From assembly GCA_964106915.2 (NCBI GenBank), contig OZ066918.1: DNA of 64,000 bases; one strand, given 5' to 3'. Positions 23,485-36,900 of this stretch are shown piece after piece (position 1 is the stretch's first letter; each line of letters opens with the position of its first letter). The notes under the pieces are model-generated. The model saw only the letters and a program-made list of their open reading frames with translations, was not told the origin of the DNA and did no database searches. This DNA is from Podarcis gaigeae (Eukaryota). The position numbers were made by a program, and so were the translations under genes.

Positions 23485-26400
23485 GTAAACCTAAAAAGTC
23501 AAACCATGTATTTTTGTGGCTTTAAAAATGTTCTCAGATATAAAGGAGGGGAAAGTATAGCCTCTGGAGTGTCATAAAATTGCAGTAGCCTCAATCTCAT
23601 CTATTTGAATTTATGGATCAATGTTTCCTATCTGACTCACCGGTGCTTTTTTTCTAGAAAAATAGGTGCCAGTACTCACCATGAAGTTGTTAACACTGTC
23701 TCACACTTTTTAACAAAAAGAAAAGAGGTGCCGAAGCTGTGGACCCTTGAGTACCCCCTGAAAAAAAGCACTGCCACTCACCTTTCATAATGCCTAAAAA
23801 TAAGGCAGTCCCAAAACCAAACAGCGATTTCTGCTATTCTGTGTTGCTTCTTGTATTGGGTCATTTATTGGACACCTGGAGCAGTGGTGTAGGATTGGTT
23901 GTCGATGCCCGGGGTGGGTGTGCCGGGCAGGCACCAGCCCTTGCCACTGCCTGATCCCACCCCCACCAGAGCAAAGCGGGGCCCTGCTGAGTTGCCTGCC
24001 CACCAGTGCAGGGGGAGATTGAATGGCCAACACTGCCCTTGGTGGGCAGAGAGGAGAGCCAGGCTGGGCTGCACTGGGGTTGCTTGCATGGTTTGCGCCC
24101 CCACATAAATTGTGTGCCCAGGGCCATGGCCCCCCAGCACCACCTACACTATGTCCCTGATCTGGGGTATTATTTTTCTACCCTTGGATGGGAGGGGGGA
24201 TGCGGGGATGACTGCATGCAAAATCTCTTCCTAGGTGTGGCAAGATCATATTCTTAGTTGTTCTTAATAATCTTTAAAGCAGGGATCCTCAAACCAGATC
24301 AAGAAACAAATAGTCTGAGCTCCTTAAAATGTGATTGAAGCAAAACAAATGTGCATTTGTTGTGCATGGAAAAGCTGTGCTTGTGGGGCTGATTTGTGGG
24401 GAAGAGCTCCATGTACAGTGGGAATGAATACTCGGAGCTTCTTTGATTAAAGGAATGGGGCCCCTCCTGTTTGTACAGAGCTGAAGGTGACTATCACTTG
24501 TGCTCTCAAATGTTTGGTGCCCCTTGTAGCATCACCCCTGAGCACCAAAGGCAATTTCAGAGTCAGCTATCCCTTACTTTACTGACTTCCAGTCTGGAAG
24601 CACTTCCGGTCCAAAGCACCTCTAGGAGTAGAACATTTGGGATGTTTTGGTTGAAGAGATACAGTGTTTGTCCTTCTATCTCAGTATATTTATTATGGGA
24701 ATGCTCACCTAGTTATTTCCTGGGAAGCTTAACAGCTAATGAAAGCACTAGTGCTTTTTTTCCTTTTAAAATACAATATTATCTAGATGTGAGCATTTTG
24801 CATGCTAGCAAAGTTCAACAGGGCATCAGACTACAAAGGCACTAACTGGTTGATTACTTTGAGGCTTGACAAAAGGTAGCTATAGCAGTCAGAATAACAA
24901 TGCTTGTTTCTTATCAGATACATGGGAAGTTCCTTTTGAGGAGATTTCTGAACTTCAGTGGTTGGGCAGTGGAGCGCAGGGAGCTGTTTTCTTAGGGAAA
25001 TTCAGAGCAGAGGAGGTGGCCATCAAGAAAGTGAGAGAACAGAGTGAAACGGATATCAAGCACTTGAGGAAGTTGAAGCATCCCAACATCATTGCTTTCA
25101 AGTAGGTCATACTTTGATTATCTTGACTCTACAATAATGTTGGTTTTTTTGGACTCATATGCTATATGTCTTCATGTCCTGCTAAACTGTGTTGTGGGTG
25201 GCACTGTGGTCTAAACCACTGAGCCTCTTGGGCTTGCCAATTGAAAGGTTGGAAGTTTGAATCTGTGCAACGGGGTGAGCTGCCCCAGCTTTTGCCAACC
25301 TAGCAGTTCAAAAGCATACCAGTGCAAGTAGATAAATAGGTACCGCCGTGGTGGGAAGGTAAATGGCCTTTCTGTGTGCTCTGGCACTCATTGCAGTGTC
25401 CCATTGTGCCAGAAGCAGTTTAGTCATGCTGGCCACATGACCTAGAAAGCTGCTGTGGACAGACACTGGCTCCCTTGTCCTGAAAAATGAGATGAGCGCT
25501 GCACCCCATAGTCGCCTTTAACTTAACAATCAGTGGTCCTTTACCTTAAACTGTGTTCAGGTTACAATGGTCTCCTTCTGTCCTCTAAACAGTAGTTCTA
25601 GCTGGAAAGTCTCAACTTCAAGGTTATTTCTTTAGCCATGCCTGCTGATGGTAAAACAGAATCCTTATATTAATTGACTATCCTCAGATGATCAGATATT
25701 GGTGAGTGAACAAGCCGGCAAGTGTCACTTAATAGTTGCTTCCTTTTGTAGTTTCCAAACAAACCAGGATATTAAACCAGCTTTAAACTAAGGCTTCATA
25801 TCCTTTCTTATTTGGGAGCCATTAGCCATAGTTTCCCAGTATATAAATGGAAACCGTAGTAAACTGAAACTTCTTGGCTTGCTTCCAGTTCATATGAAGG
25901 GAGGAACAAAGTTGCTGTTTATGGATGCATGGTACAGTGGTAACTCTGGTTGCAGACGGGATCCATTCGGGAGGTCCGTCCAGATCCCTAGGTTTTCGCA
26001 ACCAGAGAGACCGCTTCTGTGTATGTATGTGTGGCAAAAACCCAGAAATATACTTCCGGTTTTGCCGGTTACGTATCCCAAAGTTTACGTAACTGGAGGG
26101 ATACGTAAGTGGAGGTATGACTGTAGTTGGATAACATGCTTTGTATTCTGTGGGAGCCTGAGTTCTTCCCAATCCATTATTGCAGCAATTTTTTAAATTT
26201 TATTTCCCACTCCTTTCTTTGTGAAAACTTTATTGTTATGTGTGGAAAGAGTTTTAATGTGAGCTAATTCAGCAGCATTTCATCCTCCTTATTCTGCTCC
26301 AAGACTCTGAATAATAATCAACGCCACCTCATGAAATTCAATTTTAGAATGAAATAGAATGTTTAGAATGAAATAATAATAATAATAATAGCTCTGGGAA

Positions 26401-27881
26401 GACATTTCATTATTCCACTTACTATTCTGGTACATATATGACCAAATAATTGGTGGATAAAGTGAAAATAATGTGAATTTATTTGAAGGATAGAATGCGA
26501 ATATGAATAAATTAAAAGAAAGAGTGATTTGGTCTCAAGGTGAGAAGTACTTTTACTGTCCAGGAGAATTAGCAATGGACAGCACTTTTCATTTTGTTTC
26601 ACTTGCATGTTCTCATTATTATAAATGTTGTTGTTGTTTTTAATCTATAGTTCTTTTTTATGCCAGGGGCGTTTGTACTCAGGCACCGTGCTACTGTATA
26701 ATAATGGAGTACTGTGCTCATGGACAGCTGTATGAAGTATTGCGAGCAGGTAGGAAGGTCACACCTCGCCTGCTTGTGGACTGGTCAACAGGGATTGCTA
26801 GTGGAATGAACTATTTACATCTTCATAAAATCATCCACAGAGACCTCAAGTCGCCCAAGTGAGTTGTTAGCATGTGGGGAGTGTAAGACAAAAAATGAGA
26901 TTTGACCTAAATTGTGGTTGTGAGTTGGAATTACATTCAAACTTTATTCCCCATTTTTCCCTTTTTTTTCTTTTCAGTGTATTAGTTACTCACAATGATA
27001 CAGTAAAAATTTCAGATTTTGGTACTTCTAAAGAACTCAGCGATAAGAGTACAAAAATGTCCTTTGCAGGGACTGTAGCTTGGATGGCGCCAGAGGTGAT
27101 TCGCAATGAACCTGTCTCTGAAAAGGTGGATATTTGGTGAGTAATGCATTAATAAGTACTTGTCAGTTTCAGTGTTTCCAGCAGAACGTCTGAGACAAAC
27201 TCTGTTCTCATGACTTAGCATCACTAGCAGCTTTGTTTTAGAAGATCTGAGTCTTAACTTCCCTGTTGTATACAGTTTTTCTGATTTTTATCTCTCTCAT
27301 TTTCTATCAGGTCATTTGGAGTAGTTTTGTGGGAGCTTCTCACTGGAGAGATTCCATATAAGGATGTCGACTCCTCAGCCATCATCTGGGGGGTAGGCAG
27401 TAATAGCTTGCACCTTCCTGTGCCCTCCACTTGCCCAGATGGATTCAAGATCCTTATGAAGCAAACATGGTAAGGGTTGTTCTGTCCACACTGAGCCCAG
27501 CTGGTCTTGTGCACACTCCTCTTCCACCCCCAGTACAAAACGCCACAGTATGCCCACAAAATGAGAGTGAAGGATGAGATCTCTGTCTGCACTGACAAGT
27601 AAGATACTGGCATTAACACTGTGATACTGCAGTCTGTTATTTTGTAAAGCACAGTTTAGAATAATACATTGGCTTGGGGGAAAACAACTTCTTCAAGTGT
27701 ATGAACTGATATGAATGCATTATGATTGCCGCAGACAGTAAGGTAATAAGTAGAAGCCATGCCTGCAAAGGAAGAATGGGGACACACTTCAAATACGCTC
27801 CTAATACTTCCTTTGTGACCATAGTCACTTTTTTGAATTTTTGAATTTGGTGCCCTTTTCTTTTTCCACCATAATTGTTCC

Positions 27882-27930
<49 letters not shown>

Positions 27931-30900
27931 TAATATCTTTATTGTCATTGCCCCCTCTCGGGGACAACGAAATTACTTGGCTGCTCCATCCACCCAGGTA
28001 GGGCACTCCACTCAAAATCGGAACAACTATAAAAACACTAATTAAAACAATATAATATAATACAGCAAGGAAGATTAGATGACTTTCAAAGTCCAGGTTT
28101 CCCATTCAGGGCCGAGATCGCTCTGGAGAAGAAGCTGTTCTTGAGGCGGCTCGTTCTTGTCATCATCGTCCTGTATCTCCGTCCCGACGGCAGGAGCTCG
28201 AAGAGACAGTGACCAGGATGTGGTGGATCTTTTACTATGTCCAGTGCCTTCCTATGGCACCTTGTGGCATAAATCTGCTCTAAGGTGGAGAGTGGGCAGC
28301 CAACAATGCTCTCTGCTGCCTTAACAACTCTGCACAACACCATCCTGTCCTGGGTAGTACAGCTTCCGTACCACACACATAAGCCATAAGTGAGCACGCT
28401 CTCAATGGCACAGTGATAGAAGGCAAGCAGCAGTTTCTGCGGAAAATGGTTTTTCCTTAGGATTCTTAAAAAGTACAGTCTCTGCTGCGCCTTCTTCACA
28501 AGCCCCCTTGTGTTGACACTCCAGGACAGATCCTCTTGTAATTCAATACCCAAAAATCTGAACGTAGCTGGAAAGGAAGGGATGAGAAGGGAGAATAAGT
28601 GAAGATGCTTCTGAAATGGATGCGTGGAAAATAACAAAGTGAGAGGATATAGTGTTCATATCTAGCTAATAATCTTTCTACATTAGTGTTACATTGAGGG
28701 TTTGGTTTGCCTTGCCAGATACGGGAGGGGGAATAAGGAAACTGACATTTATGAATTCCTGATTGCTTCCTCCTTTGTTTTTCTTTAGGGGGTGGTGGTA
28801 TTCTAATAGGCAGTGAGAAAGGCCTATTTCAAATGAAACCATCAATTAAAATATTCCAAATTGCTTCTTAATTATGTTTGGATGTTCTTTTCTGTTTGTT
28901 TTTCTTTAATTTGTCAGGCAAAGCAAGCCGCGGAATCGGCCCTCTTTTCGACAGACACTTATGCACCTTGACATTGCATCTGCTGATGTGTTGGGTACCC
29001 CTCAAGAGACTTATTTCAAGTCTCAGGTAAATCTCTTTCTTTTCTAGCACCAGAGTGTATCGTTGGCTTGCCATGTGTTCTTTAATAAGACTTGTATGGT
29101 AGGAATAGGAAGAGAAAAGCACAGGCATTCATTTATGAATCTCTTCCCATAATGCACCCCAAAGCGATTTACAATATAATAACATAGTTGTAAATAAAAA
29201 GCAGTAAATAAAAAACAACAGCACATACATAAAATTAATTCCATTCCAAGCTAGATACCAGCTGGGATGAAGATTTTAAAAGGCTTGTTGAAAGAGCAAT
29301 ATATTTGGCAGGCATCTAGAAGATAATATAGAAGAATCCTGTGTGATGTACAGTTAGACAGAGTTCCAAATGGTAGGTGCTGTCACACAAAAGGCCTGAT
29401 TCCAACATTGTGCAGAATGGACCTCCTGATAGGATGGTGTCTGCAGGGTGCAAATTTTGTTCCAGTGAAGTATTAAAGTATTAAAGTAAATCATTTTACT
29501 GAAGTGATCAAGATGTCTACAAGTGCAAATCCGTAGGAATTGTGGTGTGAAATCTAAAGCCAAATAAATAGTTGTTATTATATTTCCATGAGTATTGCAT
29601 ACTCTTCATGTAGTCTTGGGCCTGAAAAGCAGTTGGCTACAGATTTGAGAAGAAATTGAGCTGTTCATAGGTTAGAAATGGCAATCAGTTTTATAGGCTA
29701 GGAGAGATTTGCAATACACGTCTGTACTTAATGTTAGAATTTCAGCTAAAAAGATGAGTCCCTGGTCAAGCCTGGTGATCAGATAGCTTTGCGGCCTCCT
29801 ACCACAAAAGTACTATTGGAATAAAGAAGCTTGGGTTTCTTTTTAATATGTTAAAGTAGTGCAACCCTTTATTGTGCAGTTGTCACTGCCATGAGTTATG
29901 CTATGTATCTATCTAAATTGCTTTGGCAGGCTGAATGGAGAGAAGAAGTGAAGAAGCACTTTGAGAAGATTAAAAGTGAAGGAACTTGCATACACCGGTT
30001 AGATGAAGAACTTATTCGTCGCAGAAGAGAAGAACTCAGGTCTGTTGACTTTCAGTGTGTGAGAAGAGCTTTGCTAATTCAGATCAATTAACTATCCTGT
30101 TTCCACCAAGAGACTGCCACATATTTCTGGGAAGAATGCAAACAGGACATTCAGTCTGCCTCTGATCCTGGATGTTCTATTTAGCTATCATAGCTAATAG
30201 CTGTCAATAGTTTTATCTGTCAGTAATTTGTCTGATTTCTTTTCAAGGAGATAAGCATCCTGTTGCAGGAAATTCTTTATGTTAACTATGCACTGCATAA
30301 AGAAATAACTTTTGTTTGTTTGTCCTGAATTTACTGCCAATCTCTTATCCTGGGTGACCCTGAATTATAGCAGAAGGATCTTAACAGAGTTCTCTTTAGT
30401 GAGTGCTTCATTCATATCTAAACTCTGATTTTGGTTTTATTACATTCAGATACTTTCATCATTTGCTTATCTTGGAAGTGGTAGATGAGATGTTTAATTG
30501 AGAATAATTCTGCATAAGTACATCTATTAAGCTTCCCTTTTGCCTGTACAAATTGTCCCTTGGAGGAAAAGCCACTCACCTGTAGCTCTCCTTTCTTTTT
30601 CATAGGCATGCCTTGGACATTCGTGAACATTATGAGAGAAAACTGGAGAGAGCCAATAATTTGTACATGGAGCTCAGTGCCATCATGTTACAGCTGGAGG
30701 TTCGAGAAAAGGAGCTCATCAAGTACGCACATCCACATAGATGTACCTTGTAGCCATGCAGATGACATAATTAGAAGCAGGGATTCATAGGTTTTCTGAT
30801 TGTTCTAGATTAAAACAACAACCCCATAATGATCTGTTTCGAGATCTGGATGACAAACAAGTGTAATTTGCTTCAATGGCAGGAAATTGTGTTCTCTTTG

Positions 30901-33900
30901 TGTTTCCCTTACATAGTGCAAGAGAACAATTGCCATTCCTTAGTATTAAGTTTTTCCATGGATCTGCTCCAGACACTTCTTTTTCTAATCAAGATTGTTG
31001 TGGGGAAAGCTTGTTATTTTAGAACACAACACTTCTGTTGCACATCCATGTTTTTTTAATCTTGATATGAAACACAACCAGCACTTATGGTCACATTAGT
31101 TGTTGCCTAGATCAGCATACTCCAACCTCTTCAGATGCAGATCCACCTTTAACCCAAACACACCAATTTTGTTTACCATATATTTGTTTGGTGGTAGTGC
31201 TGCTGTTATTGCTTCCTTTAGATCAGGCTCTACCTAGTATTGGGCCCCATCTCCCAATTTAAGACAGTGGCCTAGAGAATAACTAGGTTCCTCTCCCAAA
31301 TGCTGACATGAGCACTTGCGTGGACAACAGTTTGTAATATTTATTATTCTTTTGACTTGGGGAAATTGCAAATATTCTTAAAAAATTCATTTTATAATGA
31401 AAAGATTACAAATATCATTTTTAACCCATGTGCAGGCGGGAGCAAGCTGTGGAAAAGAAATATCCTGGGACTTACAAGCGTCACCCAGTCCGACCAATAA
31501 TCCATGCCAATGCAATGGAAAAATTGATGAAGAGGAGAGGAGTCTCGCACAAGCCTGGGGGCCAGACTAAACGGTGAGCCAAATAACAAAAACATGTTCA
31601 AAGGCTTTCACAATTACGTGCATATATCTACAAAATGAGGAAGCCACATCTGCTAGGGTCAGCATCCATTATTGCACAAAATGACTGATTACTCAAGTGG
31701 CACTGACAAATCTTCTGGTGTGTAGCATCCTTGAATTAGACATTATAAGATGGGATATGTGTGTCCTTGATTATGATCACCAGTAACATGGAAGTTTTAG
31801 TAATGTAGAGCAGGTGCAATTTAAGAGTGGAATGTTGGACCAAAGAGTTTTATTGGTAGTCATTTAGGAATCTCGGAGTACCCAATGCAGCTTTTATATC
31901 AGAGAGTGCGCTTTTAATATTAGCAAAATGGTCAGCTGATATCTGGCCTGGATTAAATGTACTAAGGGGTTATCTAGAGAGCTTTAATTCTGGAGATTGG
32001 TGTGGCATTTCAGCATTTTTGCTCCTTGCCATTTAGAATGAGTTCTTAAGTATGTACTGATCTGTTGATAGTGGGTAGTGTGGAACCACCACAGATCTGA
32101 GAAATAAATGCCTACAAATCACAGCTGGGCTTTTGTAGGCAAGCATTTTTTTAAACCAGTGCTTTAGCATAATGCTACAGCTAATTCACATTGCTGCAAA
32201 ACCTGTTGTTGCAAACTGGGAGTCACAGGATTTATTCTATGTTCACCTGAATTATTAAGCAAGCAACATGGGGTGGGAATGCAGGTCTAATTTCCTTTTT
32301 TTAAGGCAAAAAGTCAAGAAGCCCACTGGATGTATGCATGCCTTTGATTCACCTCAGTGCTTCCTTTGGTACCCACCAATTCCAAATTTTATTTTTAGTT
32401 TACCCTATGTGACCTATAACAAAACTTGTGTTACTTCAATGTCATCTGTCAATGGGCATGTTGAAAAAAAATGAAGGAAATAATGTGAAAATATCCATAG
32501 AGTGGAAGCTTGCATATGTTACTTCTAATAGAGAGCATGCTGGTTTTTGCATCCTTTCTCAGGCCTGACTTGCTGAAGACGGATGGCATATCCAGCACTG
32601 AAGTGGCTCCTAGTGGCTCTCCCCTTTCAGGAAGTCCAAAAATGTCAACCCTCAGTAACAAAGGACGTTACCGTAGCAAACCACGCCACCGGCGAGGAAA
32701 CAGCAAAGGCAGCTACAATGATTTCACAGGGATCTTGAAAAATCAGTCAGCTCAAGATGACTTGGCCCATTCATCTCACCATCATCAGCACCACCCTCAT
32801 CATCATGGGCATCACCCCCGAATGAACATCCATGGGCAGGACATAGCCAACTGTGCTAACAACCTTCGATATTTTGGCCCTGCTGCAGCCCTACGCAGTC
32901 CTCTTAGTAATCACGCCCAAAGGAGGATGTCTGGTTCTAGTCCTGACCTTATCTCTGCTGCTATGGAAGCTGATTCACGGAGAAATCTGGAGGAGAACGA
33001 GAATGGGGAGGGCGAGGCTAATCATTGGGAATGTTGTAAAGGAGATACATACAACCTTTGCCCACAGTGCAGGATGGGGACAAATACTGAAAAACAAGGA
33101 CAGTCACTTGAGCCAGGGCTGGAGAAGTCTGAAGCACCATTGCATGCAAATAAGCAATTTCCTGGAAATAATGAGGAAGGTGAATTCAACAGCCACAGAT
33201 CAGTGTCTTCTCTTGGCTCATCTCATCCTGCAAGTACTCCAGGACTGCCGGGTAAAACACGACCCATCCCAAAGGTAAGATCCCTCCAACCATCCTGGAA
33301 GCAATGGACAGATTTACATTTTGCTGTTTTCTCATGCACCCTAAATTTCTTAGTTCTTTCTGTAGAATACTATCTTTGGAGACTTCCGTTCATGAAAGTT
33401 GCTCAGGTGGCTGCATGCTTGTAAATAAGTGGCAAATAACATTGCCTTTAATCTTCTACTAGAGTGGAGATGACTCTTCAGAAGAAGAAGAAGGGGAAGT
33501 AGATAGTGAAGTGGAATTCCCACGGAGACAGAGGTAGGACACTGAACTGCTCTATTTTTATCGTAATTGCTAAACAAAGCTTTGGTTTAACAAAAGGATG
33601 GGGAGTTAAAATTTTGGTGGGATGAGGAAGGGTTAATGGTTGGGTAATGTTCATGAGCTATGACAAAGGCAGGAGAGCAGAATTCTGGGGGGTGGAGATA
33701 ATCTCAGTTTTTTCTCTCCTGCCTTGGCGAATCTGTCAGTTAAGTGGTTTTTCTTCCCATTTTCTTTTCTATTCTGTCCTTCTGTGTTTGCTTGTGTGTG
33801 CTTATTGTGATCTGATTGTTTTTGTTGTGAACATTACCCCCCAATGAACCCTTCCTTATCCACCAAATCTACAGGTTAGGTAAGACCAATCGTCCTTTTC

Positions 33901-36900
33901 ATTGTAACATGATGAGAACGTAAGAGGGGTGACTGTAACATTATTTGTTATCCAGGTTCTTTGAACAGGGAAATTACCTTAAAAAATTGCTTTAAAACTC
34001 TCTACCCATGTCAAATTTATGCTGAAAATGTCTAGATCTAATCATGATAATCATGAGATGTTGCTTCTAATGTGTTTCCCCCACAGTTTTTCCTGATATG
34101 CAAAAGCACAAGAGACTTATCTACAAAAATCTGGAAAAATTGCTAGCACAATTAGTCATGATTCTTTCCTACATAAGAGGCATACACTACTTGCTTTTGG
34201 AAAGTAGGCAGGCTCTTTGATCTATGATTAAAAATTACTTTTTTTGTATATTTGTTTTTGACATTTGTAGTCTGCTTTTAAGTTTAAAGAAATTCCCAAA
34301 TGCGGTAGCAAAGAATAAAAACATTCCAAACAGTTGGGGGGGGGAGACTTTAAAAGCCTATGAAAATTAAAAGGTTTTTGCCTGGTGCTAAAACAACATT
34401 AAAGTAAGAAAGAAAAGAATAAAAACAACAATATCTAAAAAGAATACCTCCCTGAATGATTAAAAAATAAATAAAACAGCTAAAAATATAAAACTGCAGA
34501 ATAAAATCATTCCCTATTAAAACCAAATTGCTTCATTTCAAAAGTCAGACCTGAGCCAGATTGCAATGGATCTAGATAATCAGTATTATCTCAGGCTGTT
34601 TGGAGTTGAACAGCCACTACTCCCTCAAACATCTTACCCAAATAGTTATTTTCTGGACTGTGCCCGGATGTGTTCTGGGAAGAGGAAGGAGAATTCCTTA
34701 ATTAATTGGTTAACTGTAGATATGGTTAAGTAGGGTTGAGATAAATTTCCATTCATCCTTGATATTACGGAATTCGCTGGTGATCAAGGCTCTATAATTA
34801 TGTGCTCTGCAAAGTACTTCCTTTTGTTAGTCCTAAATCTTCCAACATTGGATTCTTCATTGGATTACTGAAGTTCCAGTGTTATGAAAGAAGGGAGAAA
34901 ACGTCATCCACTTTCTACGTTCCATGTATAATTTTATATACTTCTATCATGTCCTTTCTTGCTCACCTTTTCTCTAAACTGAAAGGTTCCCTAATGTAAC
35001 TTTTCCTCCAAGGGGAGTTGCTCCATTCTTCTAGTCATTTTGGCTACCTTTTTCTGAACCCCTTCTAGCTGTACCATTCCTGGTGAGATGACCAGAACTG
35101 TATACAGTATTCCAAATGAAGTCACACCAAAGATCTGTATGATAACATTGTGATATTGTGTCAGTTTTATTATCAATCCCTAGGGATCCCTACCATTTTT
35201 CACAGCTGTTGGACATGGGGTGATCTCTTCATCAAGCTGCCCCCTACAACTCCAAGGTCCCATTTTTGGTCAAGTCACCAACTGTTCAGACCCTATGAGA
35301 ATATATTTAAAATTTGGGTGGGGGGGAATTGCCCCAATTCTAACTTACATTGAATTGCATTTGCCATTTTATTGCCAATTCTCTGCGTTTGGAGAGATAC
35401 TTTTGGAGCATTTCACAATCCCTTTTTGTTTTAACCCCTCTGAGCAATTTGGTATTATCAGCAAACTTGGCTACTTTACTCCTCGCTCTTAATTTTAGAT
35501 CTTTTATGAATAAGTTAAAAAGCACAGATCCCAATATCGATTCTTGGGGGACTCCACCATTTTTATCCCTCCATTGGGAGAACTCTCTGCTTCCTGTTAC
35601 TTAACCAATTCTGATACACAAGAGAACCTCTCCTCTTATCCCATGACTTCTAAGCTTACTGTAATGGTTGTGAGGGGTTACTTGTGCGTAACCTTACTTC
35701 AGTTCAGTTAGTTTGCTTGCCCCAACCATGCCTAGGGTCGGAGCTCGCCCTCCATGACCTGTTAGTCACTTGCAGAATCCGAGAGTGGGCGTCTCTTGAA
35801 CCTCTTCCAGCATAAAAGCTGTTTGACCCCGAGTCTCCTCCTATGTTCTCTGCACGGAACGCGTCTGCGCAAGTAAGGGGAAGGCAGGGGCGTCCCAGCG
35901 CTCTCTCCACTAGTGTCGGGGGAAGGGTCTTGGAGCCCTGTCACCAATTCCTCCCTCTCCCTCTCTTCTCTATGGGTGTTACGCTGAAATCCTTCCCCCC
36001 TGCTCGTCCCCTCTCCGGCATCGCTGGGTAGCCCTGCCTCCATTTCTCGTTCTGATGGCAGTTCTCTGACACTTACTCAAGAATTTTTGGTGAGGTACTT
36101 TGCCAAAAGCTTTTTGAAAGTCCAGGTATGCTATATCTCAACTAGATCTCTCTATCTATATGCTGCTTGACACCCTCATAGAACTTTAATAGATTAGTGA
36201 GACAGGACTTACCCTTGTAGAAGGCATGCCGGTTCTGCTTCAGCAAGACTTGTTCTTTTCCATTCTTGGTAATTTTATCTTTAACAGTGTTTTCCACCAG
36301 TTTCCCCAGAAAATTGGCCTTTAATTTCCAGTATCCCCACTGGATCGCTCTTTTAAAATTGGGGTTACATTGGCCACTCTCCAGTTTTCTGGCATGGAGG
36401 CTGATCTTAGGAACAAGTTAAATCTTTCCGTTTGAAGTGATTTCACATTTGACTTCTTCAGAAACTCTCAGATGGATGCCATTCGACAGTTTTTATTTTG
36501 GTGGTTCCAGAATAGTCATAAACTAGCACTGTCTTCTCACTCCTGTACATTGATTCTTTCTATTGTAGAGTCTAACTGGATTTACCTGTAACTGAACCTG
36601 ATACCATTTCTTCCAGGAAAAATCATAGGGAGCAGAAAAACTTTAGTGAGTGGTGTGGATACTCTTGGTTGCCCACAGCTTCTCCTCTTTGAATTGCCCC
36701 TTGAGTTTTTACCCTGGGGGTAGGGGAGAAAAGGCTGTTACATGCCACCTCCATCATTTCTGCTTTGAACCAAAGTGAGAATTCCTACCCTGTTGCAATC
36801 AAAGTGGTGTGGTCATGCCACCTACCTGTATGTGTCCTGGGTTTTTGCACTTCAAGGCAAAGGGCTCTTCATCTTGGGTTTGAATGGCCAGGATTTTTTG

